A DNA stretch of 63,402 nt, taken from Minisyncoccia bacterium (GTDB taxonomy: Bacteria > Patescibacteriota > Minisyncoccia > Phycocordibacterales > GWA1-40-21). The stretch spans positions 1 through 63,402 of the forward strand of contig JBAVTE010000024.1 in NCBI GenBank assembly GCA_049695975.1, in the 5' to 3' direction. Position 1 is the stretch's first letter. Every line of letters begins with the position of its first letter. The notes under the pieces were generated by a model. It was not told the origin of the DNA and ran no database searches. It saw nothing but the letters and a program-made list of their open reading frames with translations. Position numbers and translations under genes: made by a program. Positions 43,791-53,419 of the stretch are shown in pieces.

Positions 43791-43811
43791 AACCAAAATA
43801 TAAGAAAACTT

Positions 43812-43844
43812 AAAGCCCCCGAAAATCTGATTTTCGGGGGCTTT
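43812..43844 (+). terminator. Perfect palindromic terminator AAAGCCCCCGAAAATCTGATTTTCGGGGGCTTT
   Basis: 12-bp stem. Its core is identical to that of the terminator at 56693-56728. Confidence 0.75.
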
Positions 43845-43896
43845 AGTTTAGTTTTTTTAATTCCATTTAAATTCAGTCGTGATATAATTAATATCT

Positions 43897-45162
43897 ATGA
43901 AAAAATATATTTTAATTTCAATTATCACACTATCTCTTGCTTTTACGATGCCGTTTAGTACAAAAGCCACTGAAAAAGATCTCAGCGTGTCAGAGATAAG
44001 AACAATAATCGATATTTTGATTTCAGTAGGAGCAATTCCACAAGACAAAATCGCTTGGACAAATTTTATATTTACTTTACTTAAAAGTGGTATTGAAACT
44101 ACCGCCGCTACTTTTACTCAAGCTACTTCATCAAATCAAACATCGGTGGTATCTCTACCGATTTCAACATCTACTGTTTCTTTGAATATTAATAACAACA
44201 TTCAAACTCCTGTTACATTAACTCCTCTTGGTGGAAGCAATTCAAACAACAATTCATCATCAGGCAGTCCATACTTGAGTTCTGGTTCAGCTGATTCACA
44301 ATTTGTTTCGGCAGATACATCATCAACTATTGCTTATTACAATTTTATTGCCAATTATGGCCCAGCAATAATAAAAGAAATGTATTTTACGACGACAGGC
44401 TCATCTGTTTCAAATGGAGATTCTCCCATCACATCTGTCATTGTCGGTGGAGTTTCTGCTCCGGTTGTTGGAACATTAGCTACACTCACAGGGTTAAATA
44501 TCACAGTTCCAATCGGAAATGCTGGTTACAATATTCCAGTCGCAGTTACATTTGCCAAGGTTGGACTTGGTGGAATTGCATCAAACAAAACAGCTGGACT
44601 TATTTTGACTGGTTACAAATATTCTTCTGGAATGGCGAACAATACTGTCGGTGGTCTATCAGTTTCTACAAATCTTATGACGGTTGTGAGTTCAAAACCA
44701 ACACTTTCTATTTCAAATCCTGTCTCGACAAAAGTCGGTGCTGGGGGAGTAGTAGAAATTGCTAGAGTCACAATATCGGCAGATTCCGCAGGACCAATCA
44801 AAGTAAATACGATTCCTTTGTCCATGAATGTTAGTGGAAATGGTTTAGCTGACTCACTTTCTGTAAAAGTTGGCGATTCGAATGTTTCATTGACAAGTGG
44901 AGACACAATATCAATTGGTACTACTACCGCCACAACATCTCTTGTTATTTTGGGTGGCTACAATATATCTGCTGGCTCTTCTGCCGTATTTAGAATTTTT
45001 GCAAACACATCTTTTTCACAACAAAACAGAAATGCGGATACATTACGAACATCACTAGGCGATAAAATATTTTTTGTATGGACAGATGTAAATGGAAATG
45101 CAACTTCGACAGGGGAAATGATTTACAATTACCCAGCGAATACCGCTATTGTTTCTTACTAA
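43897..45162 (+). CDS. Secreted Ser/Thr/Asn-rich hypothetical protein (signal peptide, beta-rich)
   Basis: N-terminal MKKYILISIITLSLAFTMPFSTKA signal-like sequence, followed by low-complexity S/T/N stretches. Confidence 0.55.
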   Translation: MKKYILISIITLSLAFTMPFSTKATEKDLSVSEIRTIIDILISVGAIPQDKIAWTNFIFTLLKSGIETTAATFTQATSSNQTSVVSLPISTSTVSLNINNNIQTPVTLTPLGGSNSNNNSSSGSPYLSSGSADSQFVSADTSSTIAYYNFIANYGPAIIKEMYFTTTGSSVSNGDSPITSVIVGGVSAPVVGTLATLTGLNITVPIGNAGYNIPVAVTFAKVGLGGIASNKTAGLILTGYKYSSGMANNTVGGLSVSTNLMTVVSSKPTLSISNPVSTKVGAGGVVEIARVTISADSAGPIKVNTIPLSMNVSGNGLADSLSVKVGDSNVSLTSGDTISIGTTTATTSLVILGGYNISAGSSAVFRIFANTSFSQQNRNADTLRTSLGDKIFFVWTDVNGNATSTGEMIYNYPANTAIVSY

Positions 45163-45168
45163 CTAAAT

Positions 45169-45205
45169 AAAACGCCCCGCGCCATCAGATGGCGCGGGGC
45201 GTTTT
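45169..45205 (+). terminator. Terminator AAAACGCCCCGCGCC-ATCAGAT-GGCGCGGGGCGTTTT
   Basis: G+C-rich perfect stem. Confidence 0.75.
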
Positions 45206-45410
45206 GATTTGACATTATTTTACAATTTGCTATCATCACAAATACGCATTATTTTGCGATTTTTAATTGTTTTAAAAGGCATTTAAAAAAGTCGAATTTA
45301 TAAGCATCCCAGTTCGCCTAGCGAATGATGGGTTTAAAAATTAATAGTTAGTTTTCTAAATAAAACGCCAAATCTCGCGCGCTTTGTTTATAAAATTAAC
45401 AAAAATATTT

Positions 45411-46604
45411 ATGGCAGAAGAATTTAAAAGAGACAAACCCCATGTAAATGTGGGAACCATTGGTCACGTTGACCACGGGAAAACAACATTAACAGCTGCT
45501 ATCTTAAACGTCCTTTCAAGAGGAGGTTTTGATGCAAAAATAAAAGCCGTAGATGACATTGATAATTCCCCAGAAGAAAAAGCAAGAGGTATTACTATTG
45601 CTATTTCTCACCAGGAGTATACTTCCAAAAATAGACACTATGCACATGTCGACTGTCCTGGACACGCTGACTTTATCAAGAACATGATCACTGGTGCCGC
45701 CCAAATGGACGGAGCTATTCTCGTGGTTGCAGCTACTGACGGTGTTATGCCTCAGACTACTGAACACGTCCTTCTTGCAAAGCAGGTTGGTGTTCCAAAA
45801 ATTGTTGTATTTTTAAACAAATGCGACATGGTAGACGACAAAGAGCTTATTGATCTCGTTGAGGAAGAAGTTAGAGAACTTCTTACAAAGCAAGGTTTTG
45901 ACGGTAAAGGAGCCCCTGTTATCAGAGGTTCAGCTTTGAAAGCTCTTGAATCAAAAGATAACAACGATGAATGGTCAAAGAAAGTTCTTGAACTTGTAGA
46001 TGCTCTTGATACATATGTCCCAATTCCTGTTCGCGAGACAGATAAACCATTTCTTATGCCTATTGAAGATATCTTTTCAATTGAAGGTAGAGGAACTGTG
46101 GTTACTGGAAGAATTGAAAGAGGTATTATTAAGCTCGGTGATGAAGTTGAAATTGTCGGTATAAAACCAACAACAAAAACCGCTATTACTGGTATTGAAA
46201 TGTTTAACAAATCACTTGGTGAAGGTATGGCCGGAGACAACGCTGGACTTCTTTTGAGAAGCACAAAGAAAGAAGATGTTCATAGAGGACAAGTTCTTTG
46301 TAAACCAGGTTCTATTACTCCTCATACTGATTTTGAAGCTGAGGTTTACATTTTGAAGAAAGAAGAGGGCGGAAGACACACTCCATTCTTCACTGGATAT
46401 AAACCACAATTCTACATGAGAACTACAGATGTTACTGGAGATGTTACCCTTCCTGAAAAAGTAGAAATGGTTATGCCAGGAGATACAGTTACATTCAAGG
46501 TCAAACTTGTTGCGCCTGTTGCTATGGAAGCAAATCAGAGATTTGCTATCAGAGAAGGAGGAAAGACTGTCGGTGCAGGAGCTATAACAAAAATTGTTGC
46601 TTAG
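45411..46604 (+). CDS. tuf: Elongation factor Tu
   Basis: [26 protein letters not shown] and NKCD motifs. The start was moved to MAEEFKR. Confidence 0.97.
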   Translation: MAEEFKRDKPHVNVGTIGHVDHGKTTLTAAILNVLSRGGFDAKIKAVDDIDNSPEEKARGITIAISHQEYTSKNRHYAHVDCPGHADFIKNMITGAAQMDGAILVVAATDGVMPQTTEHVLLAKQVGVPKIVVFLNKCDMVDDKELIDLVEEEVRELLTKQGFDGKGAPVIRGSALKALESKDNNDEWSKKVLELVDALDTYVPIPVRETDKPFLMPIEDIFSIEGRGTVVTGRIERGIIKLGDEVEIVGIKPTTKTAITGIEMFNKSLGEGMAGDNAGLLLRSTKKEDVHRGQVLCKPGSITPHTDFEAEVYILKKEEGGRHTPFFTGYKPQFYMRTTDVTGDVTLPEKVEMVMPGDTVTFKVKLVAPVAMEANQRFAIREGGKTVGAGAITKIVA

Positions 46605-46673
46605 TTAGAGAGATTTCAGTCTGCCCGCCACAAAGATAGGCGGGTGGGCTATGAAGTCTTATTATTAAAAAAT

Positions 46674-47054
46674 ATGTCCGTAAAAGAAACAACAAAAAAA
46701 AATACAAAATCCGCTTCTAAATTAAAAATTCCTAAGAAAGAAGAAGGGGTTTCTAAACTTAGAATCAGAGTCAGAGCTTATGACAGCAAAATTCTTGACG
46801 CGTCTGTGAAACAAATCATAGAAACAGCTTTGAGATTTGATGTAGAAGTTATTGGACCTGTACCTATGCCGACCGAAATAAAAAAGTACACCGTAAACAG
46901 AGCATCTTTCGTCTACAAAAATGCTAGAGAGCAGTTTGAGATGAGAATACACAAGAGAGTGATAGACATTGTGAATCCTTCAGCAAAAGTTATAGAAGCA
47001 CTCACCAATCTCAATCTTCCTTCAGGTGTAAGTATAGATGTAAAAATGATTTAA
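46674..47054 (+). CDS. rpsJ: 30S ribosomal protein S10 with an N-terminal Lys-rich extension of about 25 aa
   Basis: The LRIRVRAYDSKILD core. The start is uncertain (46644 or 46674). Confidence 0.9.
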   Translation: MSVKETTKKNTKSASKLKIPKKEEGVSKLRIRVRAYDSKILDASVKQIIETALRFDVEVIGPVPMPTEIKKYTVNRASFVYKNAREQFEMRIHKRVIDIVNPSAKVIEALTNLNLPSGVSIDVKMI

Positions 47055-47072
47055 TCAACAAATTACTGAAAA

Positions 47073-47681
47073 ATGAAATTTACACTTGGAACAAAACAAA
47101 ATATGACACAGGTTTTTGATGAGAAAGGCGTGGTTCACCCTGCAACGATTTTATCAGCAGGAGGCCTTGTCGTTATTCAAGTCAAGACCAAAAAAACAGA
47201 TGGCTATGATGCTGTTCAAGTCGGTTTTGGTGAAAGAAAAGAAAAAAATATTTCAAAGCCGGTTCTCGGACACTTAAAGAAATTGGGAAATTTCAGATTT
47301 CTTAGAGAATTTAGAATAGAAGATCCTGAGAAATTCAAAGTAGGAGACAAAATAGAACTTTCTGATTTTATTGCTGGCGATGTTGTAGATGTATCTGCAA
47401 TATCAAAAGGAAAGGGTTATCAGAGCGTTATCAAGAGACATGGTTTCAAAGGACAGCCTAGAAGTCATGGACAGAAGCATTCTGAACACGCACCAGGTTC
47501 TATTGGTGGTGGACTTCGAAACAAAGTTCCAAAAGCAATGAGAATGGCTGGCAGAATGGGCGGGGATATGATTACAGTTCAAAACCTTGTTGTTTTAGGT
47601 GTTGATAAAGACAATGGAGAACTTCTGATAAATGGCGCAATTCCAGGAAGAAGAGGTACTCTTGTGGAAGTTCAAGGATAA
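47073..47681 (+). CDS. rplC: 50S ribosomal protein L3
   Basis: Blocks GTKQNMTQVFDE and KGKGYQSVIKRHGF. Confidence 0.95.
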   Translation: MKFTLGTKQNMTQVFDEKGVVHPATILSAGGLVVIQVKTKKTDGYDAVQVGFGERKEKNISKPVLGHLKKLGNFRFLREFRIEDPEKFKVGDKIELSDFIAGDVVDVSAISKGKGYQSVIKRHGFKGQPRSHGQKHSEHAPGSIGGGLRNKVPKAMRMAGRMGGDMITVQNLVVLGVDKDNGELLINGAIPGRRGTLVEVQG

Positions 47682-47691
47682 AAATACAAAT

Positions 47692-48366
47692 ATGGAATCA
47701 ATAATTTATAATCAAAGTGGAAAAGAAGTAGGAAAGATTCAGTTGCCTGAAAATGTTTTCGGACTTTCAAAAAATGCAGACCTTGTTCATCAAGTTGTCC
47801 AGTCAATGATTTCCGACGCGAGAACCATTTATGCTCATACAAAAGACAGAGGTGAGGTAAAAGGAGGAGGAAAGAAACCTTGGCAACAAAAAGGTTTAGG
47901 TAGAGCCAGACACGGTTCCACAAGATCACCTATCTGGGTGCATGGAGGTATTGCTCATGGTCCAAATGGCAACAGAAATTATGCCAAGAAAGTAAATAGA
48001 AAAATGAAGGCAAAAGCTCTTTACACTATTCTTTCTGAGAAATTTAGAGATAATGAAATTATTTTTATTGATAAATTTGAATTTACAAAACCAAAGACGA
48101 CAGATGCTTTAAAAGTGTTGAAATCTTTGAGTAAAATAGAAAACTGTAAGTATATCTTTTCAAAAAAGAACAACAGTGCAATTATTGCCATTGGTTCAAA
48201 AAATGAAGCTCTTGAAAAGAGTTTCTCAAATGTCGGAAATGTAGAAGTAGATGAACTCCGAAACATAAACCCTGTAGATCTTTTGAATTACAAATACCTT
48301 GTAATAGAAAATCCAAAAGAATCCATCGCTTTCATCGGAGGTAAGCTTCCTGCTAAGAAAAAATAA
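47692..48366 (+). CDS. rplD: 50S ribosomal protein L4
   Basis: The KPWQQKGLGRARHGS motif. The start was moved past the L3 stop. Confidence 0.9.
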   Translation: MESIIYNQSGKEVGKIQLPENVFGLSKNADLVHQVVQSMISDARTIYAHTKDRGEVKGGGKKPWQQKGLGRARHGSTRSPIWVHGGIAHGPNGNRNYAKKVNRKMKAKALYTILSEKFRDNEIIFIDKFEFTKPKTTDALKVLKSLSKIENCKYIFSKKNNSAIIAIGSKNEALEKSFSNVGNVEVDELRNINPVDLLNYKYLVIENPKESIAFIGGKLPAKKK

Positions 48367-48370
48367 TTTT

Positions 48371-48670
48371 ATGAATAAACAAGAAAACAAAAAAAATCTT
48401 TCTTCTGTTATAAGAAAACCAAGAGTGACAGAAAAAGCGGGAATAAAAGCAGAAACACAAAATGTTTATACTTTTGAGATAAATAATGGTTTTGGCAAGA
48501 AAGATGTCGCCGAAGCAGTAAAAGAAATATACAAAGTTACACCAATCAAGATAAATATTACAAATCTTCCTCCGAAAAATGTTGTTTCAAGAGGTAAAAA
48601 AGGTGTACAGTCAGGAGTCAAAAAGGCAATCGTTTTTCTTAAAAAGGGCGACAAAATAGAATTTATATAA
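48371..48670 (+). CDS. rplW: 50S ribosomal protein L23
   Basis: The size, position and core fit L23. Confidence 0.9.
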   Translation: MNKQENKKNLSSVIRKPRVTEKAGIKAETQNVYTFEINNGFGKKDVAEAVKEIYKVTPIKINITNLPPKNVVSRGKKGVQSGVKKAIVFLKKGDKIEFI

Positions 48671-48672
48671 AT

Positions 48673-49518
48673 ATGAAAACATACAGACCAGTTACATCAT
48701 CAAGAAGACATATGACCACTATTACATATAGGGGTGTCATTACTGCAAAAGAACCTTTGAAATCTCTTACAAAAGGTAGAAAGAGAGATGTAGGAAGAAA
48801 CAAAGACGGCAGAATTACAATGCGACACAAGGGTTCCGGAAACAAAAGATTATACAGAGAAATTGACTTTTCATATAACAAAAAAGATATTCCCGCAAAA
48901 ATTATTTCTGTGGAATATGATCCAAATAGAACTGGCTTTATCGGACTTGTCGTTTATGCAGATGGGGAAAAGAGATATGTTCTTTTACCAAAAAGCATGA
49001 AAGTTGGCGATACATTTATTGTATCCGAAAAAGCAGAACTAAAGGTTGGTAACAGAGTTAAAATCAAAAAGATTCCAGTAGGAGGATTTGTTTACAACGT
49101 TGAGATCCGACCAGATGGCGGAGCAAAGCTCTGCAGATCGGCAGGAAATTACGGGCAAATAGTTGCAAATGAAGGTGGTTTTGTTCATATCAAACTTCCT
49201 TCCACAGAAATTAGAAAAGTTGCAGAAAATGCATGGGCCTCTGTTGGGGAAGTTTCAAATGAAGAAAATTGGCTTGTAAATTATGGAAAAGCCGGTAAAT
49301 CTAGATGGAAAGGTATTCGTCCAAGAGTTAGAGCTTCTGCTATGAACCCCGTAGACCATCCATATGGTGGAGGTGAAGGTAGACAAGGTAGAGGTTTACG
49401 ATTTGCAAAAACACTTTGGGGTCAGCATGTCGGAAAAGGACAGAAAACAAGAACACCAAAGAAATATTCAAATCATTTAATAGTATCTAGAAGGAAGGTT
49501 GGAAAAGCAAAGAAATAA
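48673..49518 (+). CDS. rplB: 50S ribosomal protein L2
   Basis: Blocks MNPVDHPYGGGEGR and GRNKDGRITMRHKGSG. Confidence 0.95.
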   Translation: MKTYRPVTSSRRHMTTITYRGVITAKEPLKSLTKGRKRDVGRNKDGRITMRHKGSGNKRLYREIDFSYNKKDIPAKIISVEYDPNRTGFIGLVVYADGEKRYVLLPKSMKVGDTFIVSEKAELKVGNRVKIKKIPVGGFVYNVEIRPDGGAKLCRSAGNYGQIVANEGGFVHIKLPSTEIRKVAENAWASVGEVSNEENWLVNYGKAGKSRWKGIRPRVRASAMNPVDHPYGGGEGRQGRGLRFAKTLWGQHVGKGQKTRTPKKYSNHLIVSRRKVGKAKK

Positions 49519-49555
49519 AAGGTATTGAACCAAGCACGATTTTCTCCTGCAAAAT

Positions 49556-49634
49556 TTATTGTATCATTCGTATCAGCCTTGCGATATTCATGGCTGTTCT
49601 TTTTTTCATGTATGGAGCAGATGGAAGTGTGGTT
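49556..49634 (+). pseudogene. Degenerate partial duplicate of the 5' end of the next gene (TM-anchor region), with an internal deletion
   Basis: TTTATTGTATCATTCGTATCAGCCTTGCGATATTCATGGCTG...ATGTATGGAGCAGATGGAAGTGTGGTT aligns with 49800-49928. Confidence 0.6.
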
Positions 49635-49706
49635 ATCCACACCTTTCACAAAACCAAAATTGTATCAGTGGTATAATTAAACAAATATTAATTAATCTAA
49701 AAACAC

Positions 49707-50561
49707 ATGTACAATAACAAATTAGATATCAGGGAGGTGGAGGTAAATAACAAATCATCTTTCCTAGATCTAACCAGGCACAATCTTCTTTTAGCAACAT
49801 TCATCGTATCATTCGTATCAGCCCTGGTATTCATGTCTGCTCTTCTCTTTATGTTTGGAATAAACAAAGCAAATGCCACAGGAGAATCAGGCGGTCTCTT
49901 TATGTATGGATCAGATGGAAGTATAGTCTTTGGTATCAACTCATCAGGTAACTTAGAGCTTAGCACCACTACTGGTTCAAAGATAGGTACAGCTATAGGT
50001 CAAAAGCTTTCCTTCTGGAATGCTACTCCCATAGCTCAGCCAGCTAGTACGACCGCTATAGACACTTTACTTACGAATCTTGGTTTGAGAGCTAGCGGAG
50101 GGATTGCAAATTTTTCTTCGGCATTAAATGTTGATGCAACCACAACTCTTAATGGCAACGTCGGCATCGGGACGGCAAGTCCTAAAGGTAAACTAGATAT
50201 TGCTGGCGGACATATATGGGGAAGCAAAGATGTGGCGTTGAATACCTCGTGGACTACTGTGTTGAGCGTTGATATGGGCGGAACACATCGCAGTGCTTAC
50301 ATAAAAGTTTTTATTGGCGGTAATGATTGGAACTCACACTCTGCAGCAAGCCATTATGTAGAAGCTTTTTTGATACAAGGAGCAGGTGGTTACGGACAGC
50401 CTGGAAGTATTGTTGAAAACCGACATTATTCAACAGGCTCTATGTCAACTCAATTAATAATATCTGGCAATGTGATCAGTTTGCAGGTAGCGTTAGATTC
50501 ATATACCGCTACAGAGAAAATAATCTATGAAGTAATGGGAAATTTTGTGTCTGTCAATTAG
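49707..50561 (+). CDS. Membrane-anchored tail-fibre-like protein
   Basis: TM helix, then KLSFWNATPIAQP and LNGNVGIGTASPKGKLDIAGG, motifs I associate with phage tail-fibre / endosialidase-chaperone-type proteins. An extended -10 TGGTATAAT lies at 49669-49677. Confidence 0.5.
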   Translation: MYNNKLDIREVEVNNKSSFLDLTRHNLLLATFIVSFVSALVFMSALLFMFGINKANATGESGGLFMYGSDGSIVFGINSSGNLELSTTTGSKIGTAIGQKLSFWNATPIAQPASTTAIDTLLTNLGLRASGGIANFSSALNVDATTTLNGNVGIGTASPKGKLDIAGGHIWGSKDVALNTSWTTVLSVDMGGTHRSAYIKVFIGGNDWNSHSAASHYVEAFLIQGAGGYGQPGSIVENRHYSTGSMSTQLIISGNVISLQVALDSYTATEKIIYEVMGNFVSVN

Positions 50562-50609
50562 CGGGGACTTTTTGTGTTGCTTTTTTTTTGGATCATGTTA
50601 GTATAATCT

Positions 50610-50719
50610 CAAAGGGCCACAGACAGTCGGCAGCCGAAAGGCAGAAGTTCCGACCGAGGTCAACTCATTTGTCTTGAGGCCTTTATAAGGTCGATTTTTT
50701 TCACGAAAAATATATTCAA
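50610..50719 (+). promoter_or_regulatory. Candidate L10(L12) autoregulatory leader upstream of rplJ
   Basis: TATAAT at 50604-50609, then a G+C-rich structured 5' UTR (GGGCCACAGACAGTCGGCAGCCGAAAGGCAGAAGTTCCGACCGAGGTC...) ending in T7 just before the ATG. The call rests on position and structure only. Confidence 0.45.
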
Positions 50720-51208
50720 ATGATTACAAAAGCACAAAAAAAAGAAATAATAGATAGCTTAACAAAAGTTATCAAGGAATCTAGTTCAGTGGTTTTTGTC
50801 AATTTTCACAATCTATCTGTTGCCGATGAGACGGCTATGAGAAAAGGTCTCAGAGCATCTGGTGTAGGGTATGTTGTCGCAAAAAAGACATTGGCAAAAA
50901 TTGCAATGGGAGGAGTCTCTATTACTGGTGTTTTACCAGAACTTGAAAAAGAACTCGCTCTCGCTTATGGAGAAGATTTAATTACTCCTGCAAGAGAGGT
51001 CTTTAATTTTCAAAAGAAATATAAAGACAGCGTCTCTATTATGGGTGGTATCTTTGACGGTAAATATATGACAAGAGAAGAAATGTCTTCTATTGCTTTG
51101 ATTCCTTCAAAAGAAGGTTTATATGGTATGTTCGTCAATATTATCAATTCTCCAATTCAGAGATTTGTCATTGCACTTAGTGAAGTAGCAAAAACAAAAG
51201 CAGTTTAA
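50720..51208 (+). CDS. rplJ: 50S ribosomal protein L10
   Basis: Typical L10 length and N-terminal pattern, followed by rplL. Confidence 0.9.
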   Translation: MITKAQKKEIIDSLTKVIKESSSVVFVNFHNLSVADETAMRKGLRASGVGYVVAKKTLAKIAMGGVSITGVLPELEKELALAYGEDLITPAREVFNFQKKYKDSVSIMGGIFDGKYMTREEMSSIALIPSKEGLYGMFVNIINSPIQRFVIALSEVAKTKAV

Positions 51209-51235
51209 TTTATTAATTAAAGTAAATAAAATATT

Positions 51236-51622
51236 ATGGAAGATACAAAAGTAGTTGTTCCTGCAAAGTTTGAAAAAATTGTTGCAGAAATAGAAAAAAT
51301 GTCTGTACTCGATCTTCACGAACTTGTGCAAACATTCGAGAAGAAATTTGGAGTATCAGCTACAGCCGTCGCTGGCCCAGCAGCTGGTCCAGTAGCAGCA
51401 GTAGAAGAAAAAGCATCTTTTAAAGTTGAACTTACAGATGCTGGTGCAAATAAAATCGCTATTATTAAAGTTGTAAAAGAACTTCTTGGTCTTGGTCTTA
51501 AGGAAGCAAAAGATCTTGTGGATGGAGTCCCTTCAGTCTTGAAAGAAGATATGAAGAAAGAAGAAGCAGAAGCTCTCAAAAAGAAAGTAGAAGAGGGTGG
51601 AGGAAAGGTTACATTGAAATAA
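51236..51622 (+). CDS. rplL: 50S ribosomal protein L7/L12
   Basis: Ala/Pro hinge followed by [24 protein letters not shown]. Confidence 0.95.
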   Translation: MEDTKVVVPAKFEKIVAEIEKMSVLDLHELVQTFEKKFGVSATAVAGPAAGPVAAVEEKASFKVELTDAGANKIAIIKVVKELLGLGLKEAKDLVDGVPSVLKEDMKKEEAEALKKKVEEGGGKVTLK

Positions 51623-51888
51623 TTCTTGGGGAAAATCCTCCGAGAAAGGTATTTTTCTAAACGCGCATATTTCACATTTTGAATACAAAATGTTCGAAGT
51701 CTTTCATTTGGGTCCATATCCAAATTTCAACTCGGCCAGTCGGCCTGTGCAATGTTTAAAAAAACCTTTTTTGGGGGATTTTCTTATGGTAAATTTATAC
51801 GAACTTTCGCTTTTGATTTGATAAATTTTAAAAAATATTCCTCTGTTTTTCTTTCCTTTTTTTCCTTCTTTTTGCTATAATCACTCAC

Positions 51889-52512
51889 ATGAAAACATTA
51901 GGAATTTTATTTAATAGTCAGGCACGAGTCAAAATTATTCGGCTTTTTCTTTTCAACAAAGACATGACCTATGATTTTAAAGATATTTGTGATAAAACAA
52001 AAGTAAAATCGGGGGAAGCAAAAAAAGAACTCTCATTATTACAAAAATCTGGTCTTATTAAAACTAAAATCTTTTATAAATCAATAATAAAAAAAAGTGG
52101 TGATAAACAGACAGAATTAAAGAAAAAAGAAAAAGGATGGTGTTTAGAATTAGGCTTTTCATATATGAATGCACTACGGGAACTCCTCTTAAGTACAGAG
52201 TCATTTGGAAGCACAAACATAGTCAAAAAGCTTTCTTCGGCAGGCAAATTAAAATTTGTGTTAGTCGCTGGAATTTTCATACAGGATCCAGATAGTCGAC
52301 TCGATATTCTTGTTGTGGGGGATAGTATTAAGAAATCAACTATTGAAAAAAAAATAAAAGATATAGAATCAGAGATTGGCAAAGAGCTCGTGTATGCTTA
52401 TTTTGAAACTGTAGATTTCAAGTATCGCCTCGGTATGTATGATAAACTTATAAGAGACGCTCTTGACTATCCACACAAAGTATTGCTGGACAGAATAATG
52501 TCACAAAAGTAA
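51889..52512 (+). CDS. Winged-helix (ArsR-like) domain protein with a C-terminal nucleotidyltransferase-like region
   Basis: ARVKIIRLFLFN...KDICDKTKVKSGEAKKELSLLQKSGLI, then LDILVVGD. Confidence 0.45.
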   Translation: MKTLGILFNSQARVKIIRLFLFNKDMTYDFKDICDKTKVKSGEAKKELSLLQKSGLIKTKIFYKSIIKKSGDKQTELKKKEKGWCLELGFSYMNALRELLLSTESFGSTNIVKKLSSAGKLKFVLVAGIFIQDPDSRLDILVVGDSIKKSTIEKKIKDIESEIGKELVYAYFETVDFKYRLGMYDKLIRDALDYPHKVLLDRIMSQK

Positions 52513-52627
52513 TCCACAATTTTTTAGCAATCTTTTGCTTTTCTTGTTATAATATAAGAGTAAAAAGGTCGTTATATATTTATATATAACAAAATTTATT
52601 AGTTTATTAGTTAATTATTTTTTTATT

Positions 52628-53311
52628 ATGATACTTTCATGGGGAACAGTTTTTACTGAATCTCTCAAAGGCATCTGGCTTGGGGTGGCAAATTTCCTTC
52701 CAAGTTTTATTGCCGCTCTTATTATTTTCATTTTAGGTTGGATAGTAGCTTCCATTTTGGGCAAGCTAGTTTCTCAACTTATTGGTCTTACTAAAGTAGA
52801 CAACGCACTTCGTGCAGCCGGTTTTGAAAGAGCTCTTGAAAAAGGAGGTTTCAAACTCGATTCAGGTAATTTTCTCGGAGCACTTGTAAAGTGGTTTTTT
52901 GCCATCGTTTTCTTGGTTGCTTCTTTGGAAATTCTTGGTTTACAAACAGTCACAGCTTTCTTAAAGGGAGTTGTGCTCGGTTATTTACCTCAGGTAATTG
53001 TCGCTGTTCTTATGGTGCTTGTTGCCGCAGTGGTAGCAGAAGCAATGGAAAAGATTGTTTCTGGTGCAGCTAGAGCTGCTGGTATAAAGTCAGCAAACTT
53101 TGCTGGTAATATCACAAAATGGGCAATTTGGATTTTTGCTATTCTTGCAGTTTTGGTTCAGCTAGGAATTGCCGTAAGCTTTATTAATACTTTCTTTACA
53201 GGTGTTATTATTGCTGTTTCTCTTGCTTTGGGTCTTGCTTTTGGTCTTGGTGGTCAAAATGCAGCTTCACATTTCATTGAGAAAGTGAAGGGTGATATTT
53301 CAGATAGATAA
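52628..53311 (+). CDS. Membrane protein with repeated conserved-TM-helix units (mechanosensitive-channel-associated type)
   Basis: 227-aa ORF with four or five TM helices and an internally repetitive pattern. Confidence 0.5.
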   Translation: MILSWGTVFTESLKGIWLGVANFLPSFIAALIIFILGWIVASILGKLVSQLIGLTKVDNALRAAGFERALEKGGFKLDSGNFLGALVKWFFAIVFLVASLEILGLQTVTAFLKGVVLGYLPQVIVAVLMVLVAAVVAEAMEKIVSGAARAAGIKSANFAGNITKWAIWIFAILAVLVQLGIAVSFINTFFTGVIIAVSLALGLAFGLGGQNAASHFIEKVKGDISDR

Positions 53312-53340
53312 AAATTGTGACAATAGACTAAAAATATTAA

Positions 53341-53377
53341 AAAACAGCCCCCACCATCTGATGGTGGGGGCTGTTTT
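53341..53377 (+). terminator. Terminator AAAACAGCCCCCACC-ATCTGAT-GGTGGGGGCTGTTTT
   Basis: Perfect G+C-rich stem with the same ATCWGAT centre as four other terminators. Confidence 0.75.
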
Positions 53378-53419
53378 GATTTATTCTTGACTTTCATGTA
53401 TTAGGAGTATAATTGGAAT

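Noticed and set aside
45752-46264. 170-aa ORF antisense to tuf, and similar long antisense ORFs in fusA (42531-42875, 42903-43319) and ftsH (61656-62435, 259 aa)
   Set aside because: These are shadow ORFs opposite highly conserved genes, with Ser/Thr/Pro-rich low-complexity translations and no independent signals.
43897-50561. Possible prophage, suggested by the tail-fibre-like gene and the secreted S/T-rich protein
   Set aside because: No capsid, terminase, portal, integrase or lysis genes are present. The two genes are isolated single insertions within ribosomal operons.
51316-51723. 135-aa ORF antisense to rplL
   Set aside because: It is a shadow of the Ala/Pro-rich L7/L12 hinge region, with no supporting signals.
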